From positions 1-50,849 of the IMG/VR virus record IMGVR_UViG_3300033156_000246: a stretch of DNA of 50,849 nt; one strand, 5' to 3'. The stretch comes from a virus (lineage: Duplodnaviria; Caudoviricetes). The first letter of the stretch is position 1; each line of letters begins with the position of its first letter. The position numbers were made by a program, and so were the translations under genes. The notes under the pieces were generated by a model. The model did not search any database. It was given only the letters and a program-made list of their open reading frames with translations, and had not been told where the DNA came from. This document shows positions 1 to 8,449 of this stretch, piece after piece.

Positions 1-114
1 TTTTTGATGAAGTACAGTGGGTCAGAACGAGCCTTAGCAACTTCCAAGACGTATTTACATGGGTCTTTCAACGTGCTCATCTTTCTATAACCTGATACCA
101 AACCTCTCCCGGCT
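1..114. repeat. Terminal direct repeat (114 bp), copy 1; circular genome overlap
   Basis: Bases 1-114 are identical to 50736-50849; speD and terL reading frames continue across the junction. Confidence 0.95.
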
Positions 115-409
115 TGAAGTAGTCAAGTATGTAGTTAATAAAGCCATAATAATCGTGGCTCTCGGAGCACGTGAAAAAGTCAACGTATGCTTCTCCGTTT
201 TCAGGGAACGTGTGAATTGACGCATGTGATTCAGCAAGAAGTATCACACAGGTGTATCCATGTGGGTCAAATCTGTGTTCAGCAATACGTAAGACAGTTG
301 CACCAGTTTCACGCACAGCGGATAAGATACCTTCCCGTACCCAATCATTCTGAAACAGTTCTATTGATTCAATGCTGCCTAGGTTCATTATAACATGCCA
401 CATATTCAC
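77..409 (-). CDS. speD: S-adenosylmethionine decarboxylase proenzyme
   Basis: HRFDPHGYT and LAESHASIHTFPE (E/S autocleavage site) and VDFFTC motifs; stop overlaps terL start (ATGA). Confidence 0.93.
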   Translation of the reverse strand: MNMWHVIMNLGSIESIELFQNDWVREGILSAVRETGATVLRIAEHRFDPHGYTCVILLAESHASIHTFPENGEAYVDFFTCSESHDYYGFINYILDYFKPGEVWYQVIER

Positions 410-636
410 TTCTTGCTTACCACTTTATTACAAATCGCTATTGCTGCACCAAGTGCTGCGAGTAGTGTTATGAGAAATTCATGTGTGCCGTAGATACACA
501 CATCATCTACGTTGAACAGATACCCTTCCTTGATGTATTCGTCTCCCAACAACGCAAGGATGAAGACTGCTACCCAAAACAACGCCCTTTTAGGCAAATT
601 CTTGACGAGATCTTCTCTACTTGGTCTCCTACTCAT
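406..636 (-). CDS. Small two-TM membrane protein
   Basis: Two hydrophobic segments, basic termini, translational coupling to neighbours. Confidence 0.6.
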   Translation of the reverse strand: MSRRPSREDLVKNLPKRALFWVAVFILALLGDEYIKEGYLFNVDDVCIYGTHEFLITLLAALGAAIAICNKVVSKK

Positions 637-821
637 GTCTTGGCTCTACTACCAAAGTAGAAACCAAATGCTGTACCAAATGCACTTATGAGCCAATCTG
701 GTACTTCTCCCGACCAAAGGTAGATGAACATTGTACCACTAATTACGGATATAGCCAATATCGCCCTTACACTTCCTTTGGGCAAACCAAGTGGCTCTCT
801 TCCCTCAACCATACTTATCAC
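633..821 (-). CDS. Small two-TM membrane protein (holin-like)
   Basis: PLGLPKGSVRAILA followed by two TM helices ending GFYFGSR. Confidence 0.6.
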   Translation of the reverse strand: MISMVEGREPLGLPKGSVRAILAISVISGTMFIYLWSGEVPDWLISAFGTAFGFYFGSRAKT

Positions 822-1327
822 ACGTTCAACACGTTTTCCAACTTACCCATAACCTTGGCTCTGCAGTCATCACAAAGCTCTTCAACAATCAACGTGACAA
901 TCTCATCGAGCTTACGGTTATAATCCTGTAGCTCTACCACAACTTGGTTCTTGTTTATCTTACCGTCAAGCTCAGCAAGCACAGAGAGAACCTGTCTGTA
1001 CTCCTTCACAAGTGATGTCAGTGCATTAACAGTCTTGAAGCTAAGCTCTTCTGCACTGGTGCTCTTGACACGCTTGAGCCACATCTCAAGGTCAAGCAGT
1101 AGCAAGTACAGCTTACGCCTGTAGTTGATTATGTTTTGCAAGTCATCAGTTGGCTGCTCTACGTAACCATTGGGATGATGAATGTGTATGTGCTCAAGTG
1201 CTTGCTCTTTAGTTATGTTGAACAAATCACATATTTGACGAATCGTGACTCTACCTTGGAGATATGACTCAGTGATAAAATAACCCTCAGATCCTGCATT
1301 ACACACTGGACACTTTTCCACTGACAT
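818..1327 (-). CDS. Putative terminase small subunit
   Basis: First gene of late arm, upstream of TerL; CxxC plus HTH-like N-terminus, coiled coil, C-terminal CDDC. Confidence 0.55.
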   Translation of the reverse strand: MSVEKCPVCNAGSEGYFITESYLQGRVTIRQICDLFNITKEQALEHIHIHHPNGYVEQPTDDLQNIINYRRKLYLLLLDLEMWLKRVKSTSAEELSFKTVNALTSLVKEYRQVLSVLAELDGKINKNQVVVELQDYNRKLDEIVTLIVEELCDDCRAKVMGKLENVLNV

Positions 1328-1350
1328 GCTACGACAAATCTTTGCACGTT

Positions 1351-1370
1351 AAGATATAAATACTTTACTA
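1351..1370 (-). promoter_or_regulatory. Late-arm promoter (BRE-TATA)
   Basis: Minus strand AAAGTA-TTTATAT, ~28 nt upstream of ATG at 1327 (near-leaderless). Confidence 0.6.
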
Positions 1371-1464
1371 CTATATCAGAAACAACCGTACCTTAGGTTG
1401 AGCACCCCCGGACCTTAGGTTCACCCCGTCGCCAAGTGGTTTGTCCATTCTCGGCTTCCAACCA

Positions 1465-1575
1465 GCACTCGCTCAGACGCAATCTCAGGCTCTCTGGTGC
1501 AAGATTTGCCACAAGGTGAGGGTCAGCATAGGGTCGCCACGCAGGGTTGCTCAGAACGCCTCAGATTTGATGACC
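1465..1575. repeat. Dispersed quasi-symmetric element, copy 1
   Basis: CTCAGACGCAATCTCAG ... TCAGAACGCCTCAGATT. Confidence 0.75.
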
Positions 1576-1649
1576 ATGACACGTTGTAGCATGGGTAGAT
1601 TTTCAGAACACCACTGTGCTGTATGGTGTCCTGCTGCTATACATAAACC

Positions 1650-2690
1650 CCAATTCTTCATAAAATTTTAGCGATACCATACGTACGCATACATATATTT
1701 ATGTGTGCCAATACGTATCCGCAAAATATGCAATCTCCGAATTTATCTCACATTAATATATACCGACACATGCGATAGTCAAAATTATAGTTATCACTCA
1801 TACGTAAATCGGTAACACTATTTATATTTATACAAATATTTTTATGGTTCTCATTTTTGAGATGCTTCTCATTCCGATAGTTTATCAAAATCGAATCACC
1901 TAAATCCCGGATAAAAGTACCACTTGCGTTTAAAATTCACACATTTTTTACATATAGAAATGATATTTCACAACTTGTCAAAGTATCTCGTAACGGATTA
2001 ATAAGAACCATGTATTTGCGGAACAGAGCCAGTATATCCGATATCCGGAATCCCATCATAATGCTGAGTCCTCATATAAGTGAGTGAGGTTTATAATATG
2101 CTACGAACCCCCCCCTGGGGTATATGTAAATCATGCTACAGTGTAGCAGTATTACTCCCATGCTACACAATACCACTCTATATATCTATCCACACACACT
2201 ATACAAATCTGCAATAATACTTCTCCATACTCCATTTACTACATGCTACAGCCTACATATACCTATATTTCTCAGTGTGTTACCAAATATCATCCTATAT
2301 ATCAACATACATCTACTATACATATATCTACTACTATACTATACATCTACTTATACTACTATATACTATATACGTAATTAATCTAATATGTTATATTATA
2401 TACTTATACTACTACATAACTATAGTATTATATACTTATACGTAATATACTTAATAGTATACTTATAGACCTAGTCCTTCACTTAACGCATAATATAGAC
2501 TTTAACCTCACCTATCGCATAATGAAAACTGCGTAATAGCATGTTATAGACTTATGATCTCCCTATCCTGCCTCTCCTAATTCTTATACGTATATACATA
2601 ACACTATTACGTTATCAGTATATGTAATATGAATATGTAATATAGTATAATGTAATAAGAGAATAGAGTAAAAAGTAGAGTAATAAATTC
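1650..2690. other. AT-rich low-complexity intergenic region; candidate replication origin/packaging region
   Basis: No credible ORF; repeated TACGTA, ATGCTAC and TATACTTA motifs; lies between divergent arms. Confidence 0.5.
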
Positions 2691-2696
2691 ATATAA

Positions 2697-2776
2697 TACG
2701 TAAATTCACATAATGGCAAAACCTAAAGGTTTATAAACAGTTGTGATAAGTTAATGCTGTAAAAAAAAGGAGGTGA
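2697..2776 (+). promoter_or_regulatory. Early promoter unit 1 (upstream box + BRE-TATA + SD)
   Basis: TACGTAAATTCACATA 33 bp before AAAGG-TTTATA, then A8-GGAGGTGA. Confidence 0.75.
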
Positions 2777-2783
2777 TAAAAAA

Positions 2784-3002
2784 ATGGAGATATTTAGAAA
2801 ATACTACGATGGGAGTACATATGCAAGAAAGTATTTCTTAACCTATAGTGGAGAGTACATCCTGAGAATAGATTATGGAGGAGAAGAAGACTACAAGTTT
2901 GAGTTTGAGCACATCAAAGATGTGCTCAAATTCTTGAGAGAAGCAGAAGGTATCAGAGCAGAAGAAATAGTCGACTTCATAATAACGTCTTCTTATGCAT
3001 AA
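2784..3002 (+). CDS. Early hypothetical protein (72 aa)
   Basis: Own promoter, perfect SD, poly-T terminator. Confidence 0.8.
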   Translation: MEIFRKYYDGSTYARKYFLTYSGEYILRIDYGGEEDYKFEFEHIKDVLKFLREAEGIRAEEIVDFIITSSYA

Positions 3003-3010
3003 TTTTTTTT
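3003..3010 (+). terminator. Archaeal poly-T terminator
   Basis: T8 directly after the stop codon. Confidence 0.65.
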
Positions 3011-3092
3011 CCACAATTTCTTTTATCTATATGAAATATATATTTATTCAATCAGCTATTTTTACATTAAACTTAAGATATATTTCACATAC

Positions 3093-3174
3093 TACGTAAA
3101 TTCATATAGTGGTAAAATCGAAAGGTTTATATATTGTTATGAATACTGATAAATTGAAAAAAAAAAGGAGGTGG
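3093..3174 (+). promoter_or_regulatory. Early promoter unit 2
   Basis: TACGTAAATTCATATA 33 bp before AAAGG-TTTATA, then A-run and GGAGGTGG; paralogous to unit 1. Confidence 0.75.
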
Positions 3175-3180
3175 TAAAAA

Positions 3181-3384
3181 GTGTCGGAAGTGTGCGAAGT
3201 GTGCGGCTGTATTATCTGCGAGCATGAGCCGCCATGCTTTAATGTAGTGGCGGCTCATGCATGGTTCGACGAAGATCGGGGCATAGTGGTAATACTATGC
3301 CCCGACTGTCTGGAGGAAATCGAGTGGCGGGATGATCTGAGACCCGCCACCGATGAAGAAGTGGAGATGTATCTATCTGACTAA
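3181..3384 (+). CDS. Small acidic Cys-rich (zinc-finger-like) protein
   Basis: CEVCGC...CPDC; SD; followed by T11. Confidence 0.75.
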   Translation: MSEVCEVCGCIICEHEPPCFNVVAAHAWFDEDRGIVVILCPDCLEEIEWRDDLRPATDEEVEMYLSD

Positions 3385-3415
3385 TTTTTTTTTTTGAAAA
3401 AAAGGAGGTGATGGT

Positions 3416-3523
3416 ATGAACTTGAGAGAGATTGAGTTTGAGAAAGAAAGAATCAGTGGATTATTGAGAGAAGTTGAAAGACTGCAAGCAGAGATACAGC
3501 AATTGAAAAGAGAGGTGAGGTGA
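3416..3523 (+). CDS. 35 aa coiled-coil microprotein (not in ORF track)
   Basis: GGAGGTGA SD; MNLREIEFEKERISGLLREVERLQAEIQQLKREVR. Confidence 0.6.
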   Translation: MNLREIEFEKERISGLLREVERLQAEIQQLKREVR

Positions 3524-3527
3524 TAAA

Positions 3528-3839
3528 ATGGAAAGAAAAGAAATATTGGTTGAATATCTGGATGGGTTGTTGTCGGTGGAGGGTGGTAAAATGGAAGTGG
3601 AAAAAATAGTACTGGAGATTGTAAGAGATCTGAAAAAGGTGGGGTTTAATGTTGGTATAATAGAATCAAATAGAGATACGGAAACATACATAATATCAGT
3701 GAACTACAGCAGTGCTGCGGAAGTGCAGGCGGTAGGACAGATAATAGATAGTTATTGTATGAAACACAAATTAGATCACACAGCACTGCCTGCGAATGGT
3801 ATTTTTACAGCAATAATAAAAAAATGGGAGAATGAGTAA
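3528..3839 (+). CDS. Hypothetical protein
   Basis: GAGGTGA SD, ORF track. Confidence 0.7.
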   Translation: MERKEILVEYLDGLLSVEGGKMEVEKIVLEIVRDLKKVGFNVGIIESNRDTETYIISVNYSSAAEVQAVGQIIDSYCMKHKLDHTALPANGIFTAIIKKWENE

Positions 3840-4302
3840 GATGAGGCATAAGTGTTTTGTTCTGGAGGAGATAGGTAAGTGGTCACCGACAGAGCAAAGA
3901 ATTTTTTGGTTTTACACAAATACAGAAGGAATGACCAGACTTTATACGGCATACCAACAAAAGCAAAACCAAAAACAGTATTCCAGATCAGAATGGCCGA
4001 AAGTGAAAAGTTCTGTCGAAAGAATAGAAAAAGAGGATAAAACAGTGATTGCATGGTTAAAAGACAGTGATGAGCTGGTAAAAGTTGCAAACAAGACTTT
4101 GGAGGGCATCAGAAGTAAGTACTTTTTCAGAAGGTGCAAAAGAAACATTGGGGGAACAGTATTAAGAAAACATGGCATCTCATGGGTTAGAATTGGTGAC
4201 GGAATCTTTGTCCCTACCGCAGATGGGGAAAAATATCCGGTTAGTATGATAACAGGAGTATTATTTGAGCATCAGCATCCTCATCCGTTTTCGTTACCAT
4301 AA
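3832..4302 (+). CDS. Hypothetical protein
   Basis: Coupled to upstream ORF, followed by T19. Confidence 0.7.
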   Translation: MSKMRHKCFVLEEIGKWSPTEQRIFWFYTNTEGMTRLYTAYQQKQNQKQYSRSEWPKVKSSVERIEKEDKTVIAWLKDSDELVKVANKTLEGIRSKYFFRRCKRNIGGTVLRKHGISWVRIGDGIFVPTADGEKYPVSMITGVLFEHQHPHPFSLP

Positions 4303-4321
4303 TTTTTTTTTTTTTTTTTTT
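4303..4321 (+). terminator. Poly-T terminator
   Basis: T19 directly after the stop codon. Confidence 0.7.
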
Positions 4322-4380
4322 GCTCTTTTGTGTTATTTGTTATCAACCCGAATAATTTGCGCATTTTCATAACCATAGAG

Positions 4381-4516
4381 TGAGGAGAGTAGAAGGATAA
4401 TACTCTCCTCATGCATGGCTCCGATTTGGAGACCGTGCAGAGATTAAAACGTGAGTTTAGCCATGGGAGTGACCAGCTTAAGGCTGGTAATTCGGGTTAA
4501 ATTCCCGGCACTCCCA
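4381..4516 (+). ncRNA. Structured RNA: two hairpins followed by a D-armless tRNA-like element (4465-4516)
   Basis: 11-bp hairpin 4381-4411; bulged hairpin 4412-4439; acceptor stem GGGAGTG/CACTCCC+A; 5-bp stem with loop CTTAAGG; T-arm TCGGG-TTAAATT-CCCGG. Confidence 0.65.
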
Positions 4517-4538
4517 AAGCTTGAAAAGAGGTGAGAAT

Positions 4539-5189
4539 ATGGGTTTTGAGGAGTTTAGAGATGTATTGAAAGATTTGACAGCAGAAAAAGAAATAAGGGA
4601 ACTGCTGACACAACAGGTACAGCATGCACAGCAGATAAACGGAATCGAAGAACTGTTTTACAATGTCGGTGAACTAGAGGTCATGAAAGTGGTTGGTAAA
4701 GAGGTCCTAGAGTTTTGCAATGACATGATAACCACTGTGGAAGTTATTGAGCTTGAGAACAGAATAAAAGCAATAAGCAAAGATATCGCTGAGACCAAAG
4801 CATGGATCATCACTTATGCAAAAGAGGGATTAACGAATGATGTTGAAAGACTTGCAAGACAACTTAACGAACTTGAGAATGAAAAGAAGCAATTGCAAGA
4901 GAAGCTCAAGCAGGCAAGACAAAAAGCAAAGAAGGAGAAGAAGCCTTTTGCTGAATCAGCAAAAGACATCAGAACAGAGCTCAAGCAGATTAACGAAAAG
5001 AAGAAGAAAGAATTCGAAGATAACGCTGGCACAGTAAACAGCATGGCAATTGAGAAGTTCATCGAAGTCTTTACTCCACATTATTATGAGCATTTAGCTA
5101 AGATCAAGAAGCAACAGAGAAAGGCAGAAAAGGAGAAGAAAGAAGAAAAGAAGGAAAAGAAGAAACAGGCAAAGAAGAGCAAAAAGTGA
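4539..5189 (+). CDS. Coiled-coil protein with Lys/Glu-rich tail
   Basis: GAGGTGA SD before ATG 4539; heptad-rich; KKEEKKEKKK C-terminus. Confidence 0.75.
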   Translation: MGFEEFRDVLKDLTAEKEIRELLTQQVQHAQQINGIEELFYNVGELEVMKVVGKEVLEFCNDMITTVEVIELENRIKAISKDIAETKAWIITYAKEGLTNDVERLARQLNELENEKKQLQEKLKQARQKAKKEKKPFAESAKDIRTELKQINEKKKKEFEDNAGTVNSMAIEKFIEVFTPHYYEHLAKIKKQQRKAEKEKKEEKKEKKKQAKKSKK

Positions 5190-5192
5190 ATT

Positions 5193-5711
5193 ATGTCTTT
5201 CATTTTTTCTTATTATTCTGCCTATTTTCCACGCACGGATACTTTGCTTATCAGTAAAGACAAAATAACAATAAGACAATATGCCGAGATTCTGAAAAAC
5301 CATAATCACGGCTTATATAAGCTTAAAAAGAAGTATAGGCGTTATGAGATACCATTAAACCATTTGGCAAGGACTCTCACTGAAAAACTAAACGTTAAAG
5401 TTGTCGTACTAAGAAAATATCATCGATTGACTCCTTATCAGTTTAATAATGCATCAAAAAACGGATTATATCCAAATAAGGCAATTGCATTAAGCTATAT
5501 TCTTGAAAAAGCAGGAATTAACGTTAAAACTCTGAAAACCTTCACGGATTACAGATACATCGACAAAAGAGGAAAAGAAAAGACAATCACAAAAGCTGAT
5601 AACGCAGTAATAATCAACAGTAACATAAAAATTGAGTTTATAGATCTACCGATCGGCATTACCTTTAAAATCAATGCACCCCATCAATATATCCAAAGAT
5701 TGTACCCATAA
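5193..5711 (+). CDS. Basic hypothetical protein
   Basis: ORF track; followed by T8. Confidence 0.65.
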   Translation: MSFIFSYYSAYFPRTDTLLISKDKITIRQYAEILKNHNHGLYKLKKKYRRYEIPLNHLARTLTEKLNVKVVVLRKYHRLTPYQFNNASKNGLYPNKAIALSYILEKAGINVKTLKTFTDYRYIDKRGKEKTITKADNAVIINSNIKIEFIDLPIGITFKINAPHQYIQRLYP

Positions 5712-5895
5712 TTTTTTTTCATAGCTAAGTATTAATGCTATTAGTTGACAATATAGTCTAATTGCAAATTACATATAACTTCGATCTAAACTTTTATGTC
5801 AACATATAACATTAAAATGCTTATACGCAGATACAATCAACATTAAAATTTTGTTACATAAACTTTTTCTTTTTATTTTTTTGTTTCATTTCGTT

Positions 5896-5982
5896 TGCCT
5901 CCTGTATTTTAAGGGGGCAGTTTTAAAGGGGCAGCTTATGCTGTCCCATTTTAAGGGGCTGACTTTATGCAGTCAGTCCCAT
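5896..5982 (+). promoter_or_regulatory. Three tandem G-U-containing hairpins associated with TTTTAA(A)GGGG motifs
   Basis: TGCCTCCT/AGGGGGCA; GGGGCAGC-TTAT-GCTGTCCC; GGGGCTGACT-TTATGC-AGTCAGTCCC. Confidence 0.6.
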
Positions 5983-6011
5983 GTTAAAAAATATTTTAAG
6001 GGGGTGAGTGT

Positions 6012-6284
6012 ATGGAGTCCGAAAAAAGAAGAGTTGTGAGTGTTGGTGAAAATACATATCAGGAGATTTTAAGGCAAGGCTTGGAGCATGAAATGTTGTT
6101 TAAAGAGAGAGAGTGGGAAACAAACCACAGAGGACTTGAGAGTTTAAAGGGGGCGGTGTTAATATCGGCATTCCATAGTTCAACACATTGGAAGTTGTTT
6201 TTTAGGACACCAGAAGGAAAGATACTTAGGGTAATTTTACCCGCTGATTACTTCGGCAGACCGTTTGAAGTGAAAGAGCTTTAA
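6012..6284 (+). CDS. Hypothetical protein
   Basis: GGGGTGA SD. Confidence 0.7.
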   Translation: MESEKRRVVSVGENTYQEILRQGLEHEMLFKEREWETNHRGLESLKGAVLISAFHSSTHWKLFFRTPEGKILRVILPADYFGRPFEVKEL

Positions 6285-6296
6285 AGGGGTGAAAGT

Positions 6297-6497
6297 GTGT
6301 CCGGGAGAAAAGTTGGCTACATAATTGAATTGGATGGTACAAGGTATGTGTTAATAGTACCGTCAGAAGTATTGCAAAGAACTATAAGTGACATTTGGAA
6401 AGACTGTAGTGGTGACATTGACGCATTTGAGTATACTCTACACAGAATGGGCTGTGAGATATATGACCTAATAGGTGATGTAGTTTTAAAGGGGTGA
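6297..6497 (+). CDS. Hypothetical protein
   Basis: GGGGTGA SD, GTG start. Confidence 0.65.
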   Translation: MSGRKVGYIIELDGTRYVLIVPSEVLQRTISDIWKDCSGDIDAFEYTLHRMGCEIYDLIGDVVLKG

Positions 6498-6501
6498 ACA
6501 T

Positions 6502-6810
6502 ATGAAATTAAAAATAAATTTTGAAAACAAGACTGTCACAATCGATGGTTACATGAAAAAATATAGCAAAGTTCAGTTGTTAGCCAAAGAAATTGACCGG
6601 ACAATAAGCCAGTATGCAAAAGATGAAAAGCTGCAGAGAGTAACAATAAAGCAACCATTGAAGACAGTTTTTAAGGCGGGATTGTGGGTCAGCAGACCAG
6701 AAATAGTGGCAATATACAACTGGCGATATGCACAGAACACGTATTTTATCCATGACCCAAAGCTGGAAAACATCGTTAGAAACGTACTTCTTAAAAGTTT
6801 AAAGGCTTAA
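6502..6810 (+). CDS. Hypothetical protein
   Basis: GGGGTGA SD; T8 after stop. Confidence 0.7.
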   Translation: MKLKINFENKTVTIDGYMKKYSKVQLLAKEIDRTISQYAKDEKLQRVTIKQPLKTVFKAGLWVSRPEIVAIYNWRYAQNTYFIHDPKLENIVRNVLLKSLKA

Positions 6811-6848
6811 TTTTTTTTGCTTTAAAAGCTTTTAAGGGGGTGGTTGAA

Positions 6849-7118
6849 ATGCAGTTGGTAGTAGGTCTAATCGGAAGCGTAAAAGGAGATAAGATGCAGT
6901 ATAATCAAAAAAAGAAATGGCTGAGAACTGCTGTTAAGTCGTTCATCATGGAGCGTTTTGCAGAGACTATGTTCAATGATGTCGTTTTTGCGGTAAAAGA
7001 CGATAGGTTATGGTATTTAGCATACACTGCCGGACTGCCGACTATCAATGACAAACAATTGTTCAACAGAGCTGAAGTGTTGGTCGATATTGACAAAGGC
7101 ACAATAGTGCTGAGATAA
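6849..7118 (+). CDS. Hypothetical protein
   Basis: GGGGGTGG SD before ATG 6849. Confidence 0.65.
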   Translation: MQLVVGLIGSVKGDKMQYNQKKKWLRTAVKSFIMERFAETMFNDVVFAVKDDRLWYLAYTAGLPTINDKQLFNRAEVLVDIDKGTIVLR

Positions 7119-7135
7119 GTTTAGGCTTTGTGTGA

Positions 7136-7243
7136 GAATCCTCTCAGACGCAATCTGAGGGGGTTCTCATGCAGAATTTTTTGTCACCCAATGGTTTTAC
7201 TCGTGGTTAGTGAATTTGCTCTCAGATGCAATCTGAGCTATTG
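7136..7243. repeat. Dispersed quasi-symmetric element, copy 2
   Basis: CTCTCAGACGCAATCTGAG...TTCTCAT ... CTCTCAGATGCAATCTGAGC. Confidence 0.85.
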
Positions 7244-7328
7244 TTATGTTATAGTTTAACACCCCAGATACCACCAGTCTCGTTTTAAGGGGCTGGTGGC
7301 TGGAGGCAAAAAATAAGGAGGTGATAGT

Positions 7329-7688
7329 ATGGAGCTGCAAGCTCGGTTTGTAGTGGAGTATGAGTTTGAGCCAGATAGTAGTATGAAGTGTAGGGCAACA
7401 GTAAAGCTATATCTACCAACAGAGCCAAACACAGGAGACATCGCCAAAGTTCTCATTGACCCGGATACCAATATATTCGGAAGTGCACTTCGTTCAGTAT
7501 GGGGATTCTACAGTAACGGATATAGATACAGCCGGTATACTCTGAAAGCCAAGACATGGGATGAGCTTGAAAGCAAAATCCATGATCTCATGGATGAAAC
7601 AGTGAGTAAACTCAGAGCTGTAAGAGCAATGAACGAAATCACAGAAGAGAAAAAGCCAAGAGATAAAGAGGTTGTATTTCCTATTTAA
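7329..7688 (+). CDS. Hypothetical protein
   Basis: GGAGGTGA SD. Confidence 0.75.
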   Translation: MELQARFVVEYEFEPDSSMKCRATVKLYLPTEPNTGDIAKVLIDPDTNIFGSALRSVWGFYSNGYRYSRYTLKAKTWDELESKIHDLMDETVSKLRAVRAMNEITEEKKPRDKEVVFPI

Positions 7689-7709
7689 TTTTTTAAGTTG
7701 GGTGGTAGT

Positions 7710-8027
7710 ATGTTGTGGGCTGAAGTTAGGAAAAAGAGAGAGTACCAGCCTCAGGTTGGGGCTGTTGACAACACCTTGCTTGGTGGGGTAGTTGTTAGAG
7801 AAAAAAACCCTTTTAAAGGGGTCTCCATGTCAGTAGAGAAGTACTTGGTTAAAGTCGATAGTGAGAACAAATACGTGCTGTGGAACTTCAAGAACTTGGG
7901 TATAGTGGTAAAAGCCAAGTTGATTGATTGGAACAGTGATGAGCAGTATCCGGAAACTGCATTGAAGCCAATATCACATGAACAGTTTGAAAACATAATC
8001 AAAAAACTTGAGGTGAAGAAGTTATGA
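7710..8027 (+). CDS. Hypothetical protein
   Basis: GGTGGT SD before ATG 7710. Confidence 0.6.
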   Translation: MLWAEVRKKREYQPQVGAVDNTLLGGVVVREKNPFKGVSMSVEKYLVKVDSENKYVLWNFKNLGIVVKAKLIDWNSDEQYPETALKPISHEQFENIIKKLEVKKL

Positions 8028-8449
8028 AAGCAGACAAAGATGTTCTAAAGACACTTATAGCAGGCTTAGAGAATGCATTGGAGTGCTTGAAAAATGATAT
8101 GAAATATTACATCGAAAGTATAAAAGAAACTCGTGCTGTAGAGGACGTCATGCATCTCAAACAACAGCTACTTATAGACTGGCTCAGAAATATGCCAATG
8201 GGTACTGATGAGTGCTACTTCTGTATTCTCTATGATGACGAGTGTGAAAGATGTATATATGCTGAGCATCATGGTATTTGTGCTACGAGTTCTAAAACAG
8301 ACCTTTATACTGAATTGGTAAAACTAATTGACAAATACAGCGATAGTATGGATGACTGGTCAATAATCGATACATTCAAGGACGCACTGATCATAGCAAT
8401 CCAAAAGAAATATTACAAAGGTGAAGAGTATGGAAACGACAAAGATTAG
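8024..8449 (+). CDS. Hypothetical protein with Cys cluster
   Basis: CYFC...CERC...HGIC. Confidence 0.7.
   Translation: MKADKDVLKTLIAGLENALECLKNDMKYYIESIKETRAVEDVMHLKQQLLIDWLRNMPMGTDECYFCILYDDECERCIYAEHHGICATSSKTDLYTELVKLIDKYSDSMDDWSIIDTFKDALIIAIQKKYYKGEEYGNDKD

Noticed and set aside
1-114. Biological terminal repeat
   Set aside because: It cuts through the speD/terL junction; more consistent with assembler overlap of a circular or permuted genome
2133-2381. 82-aa ORF
   Set aside because: Low-complexity Y/I/L product from a G-poor repeat region; no SD
4465-4516. Canonical tRNA-Leu or attP site
   Set aside because: No D-arm or long variable arm and a non-canonical T-loop; both acceptor strands are present and no integrase was recognised
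5851-6039. 62-aa ORF with FKG repeats
   Set aside because: By-product of the TTTAAGGGG motifs and hairpins; no SD
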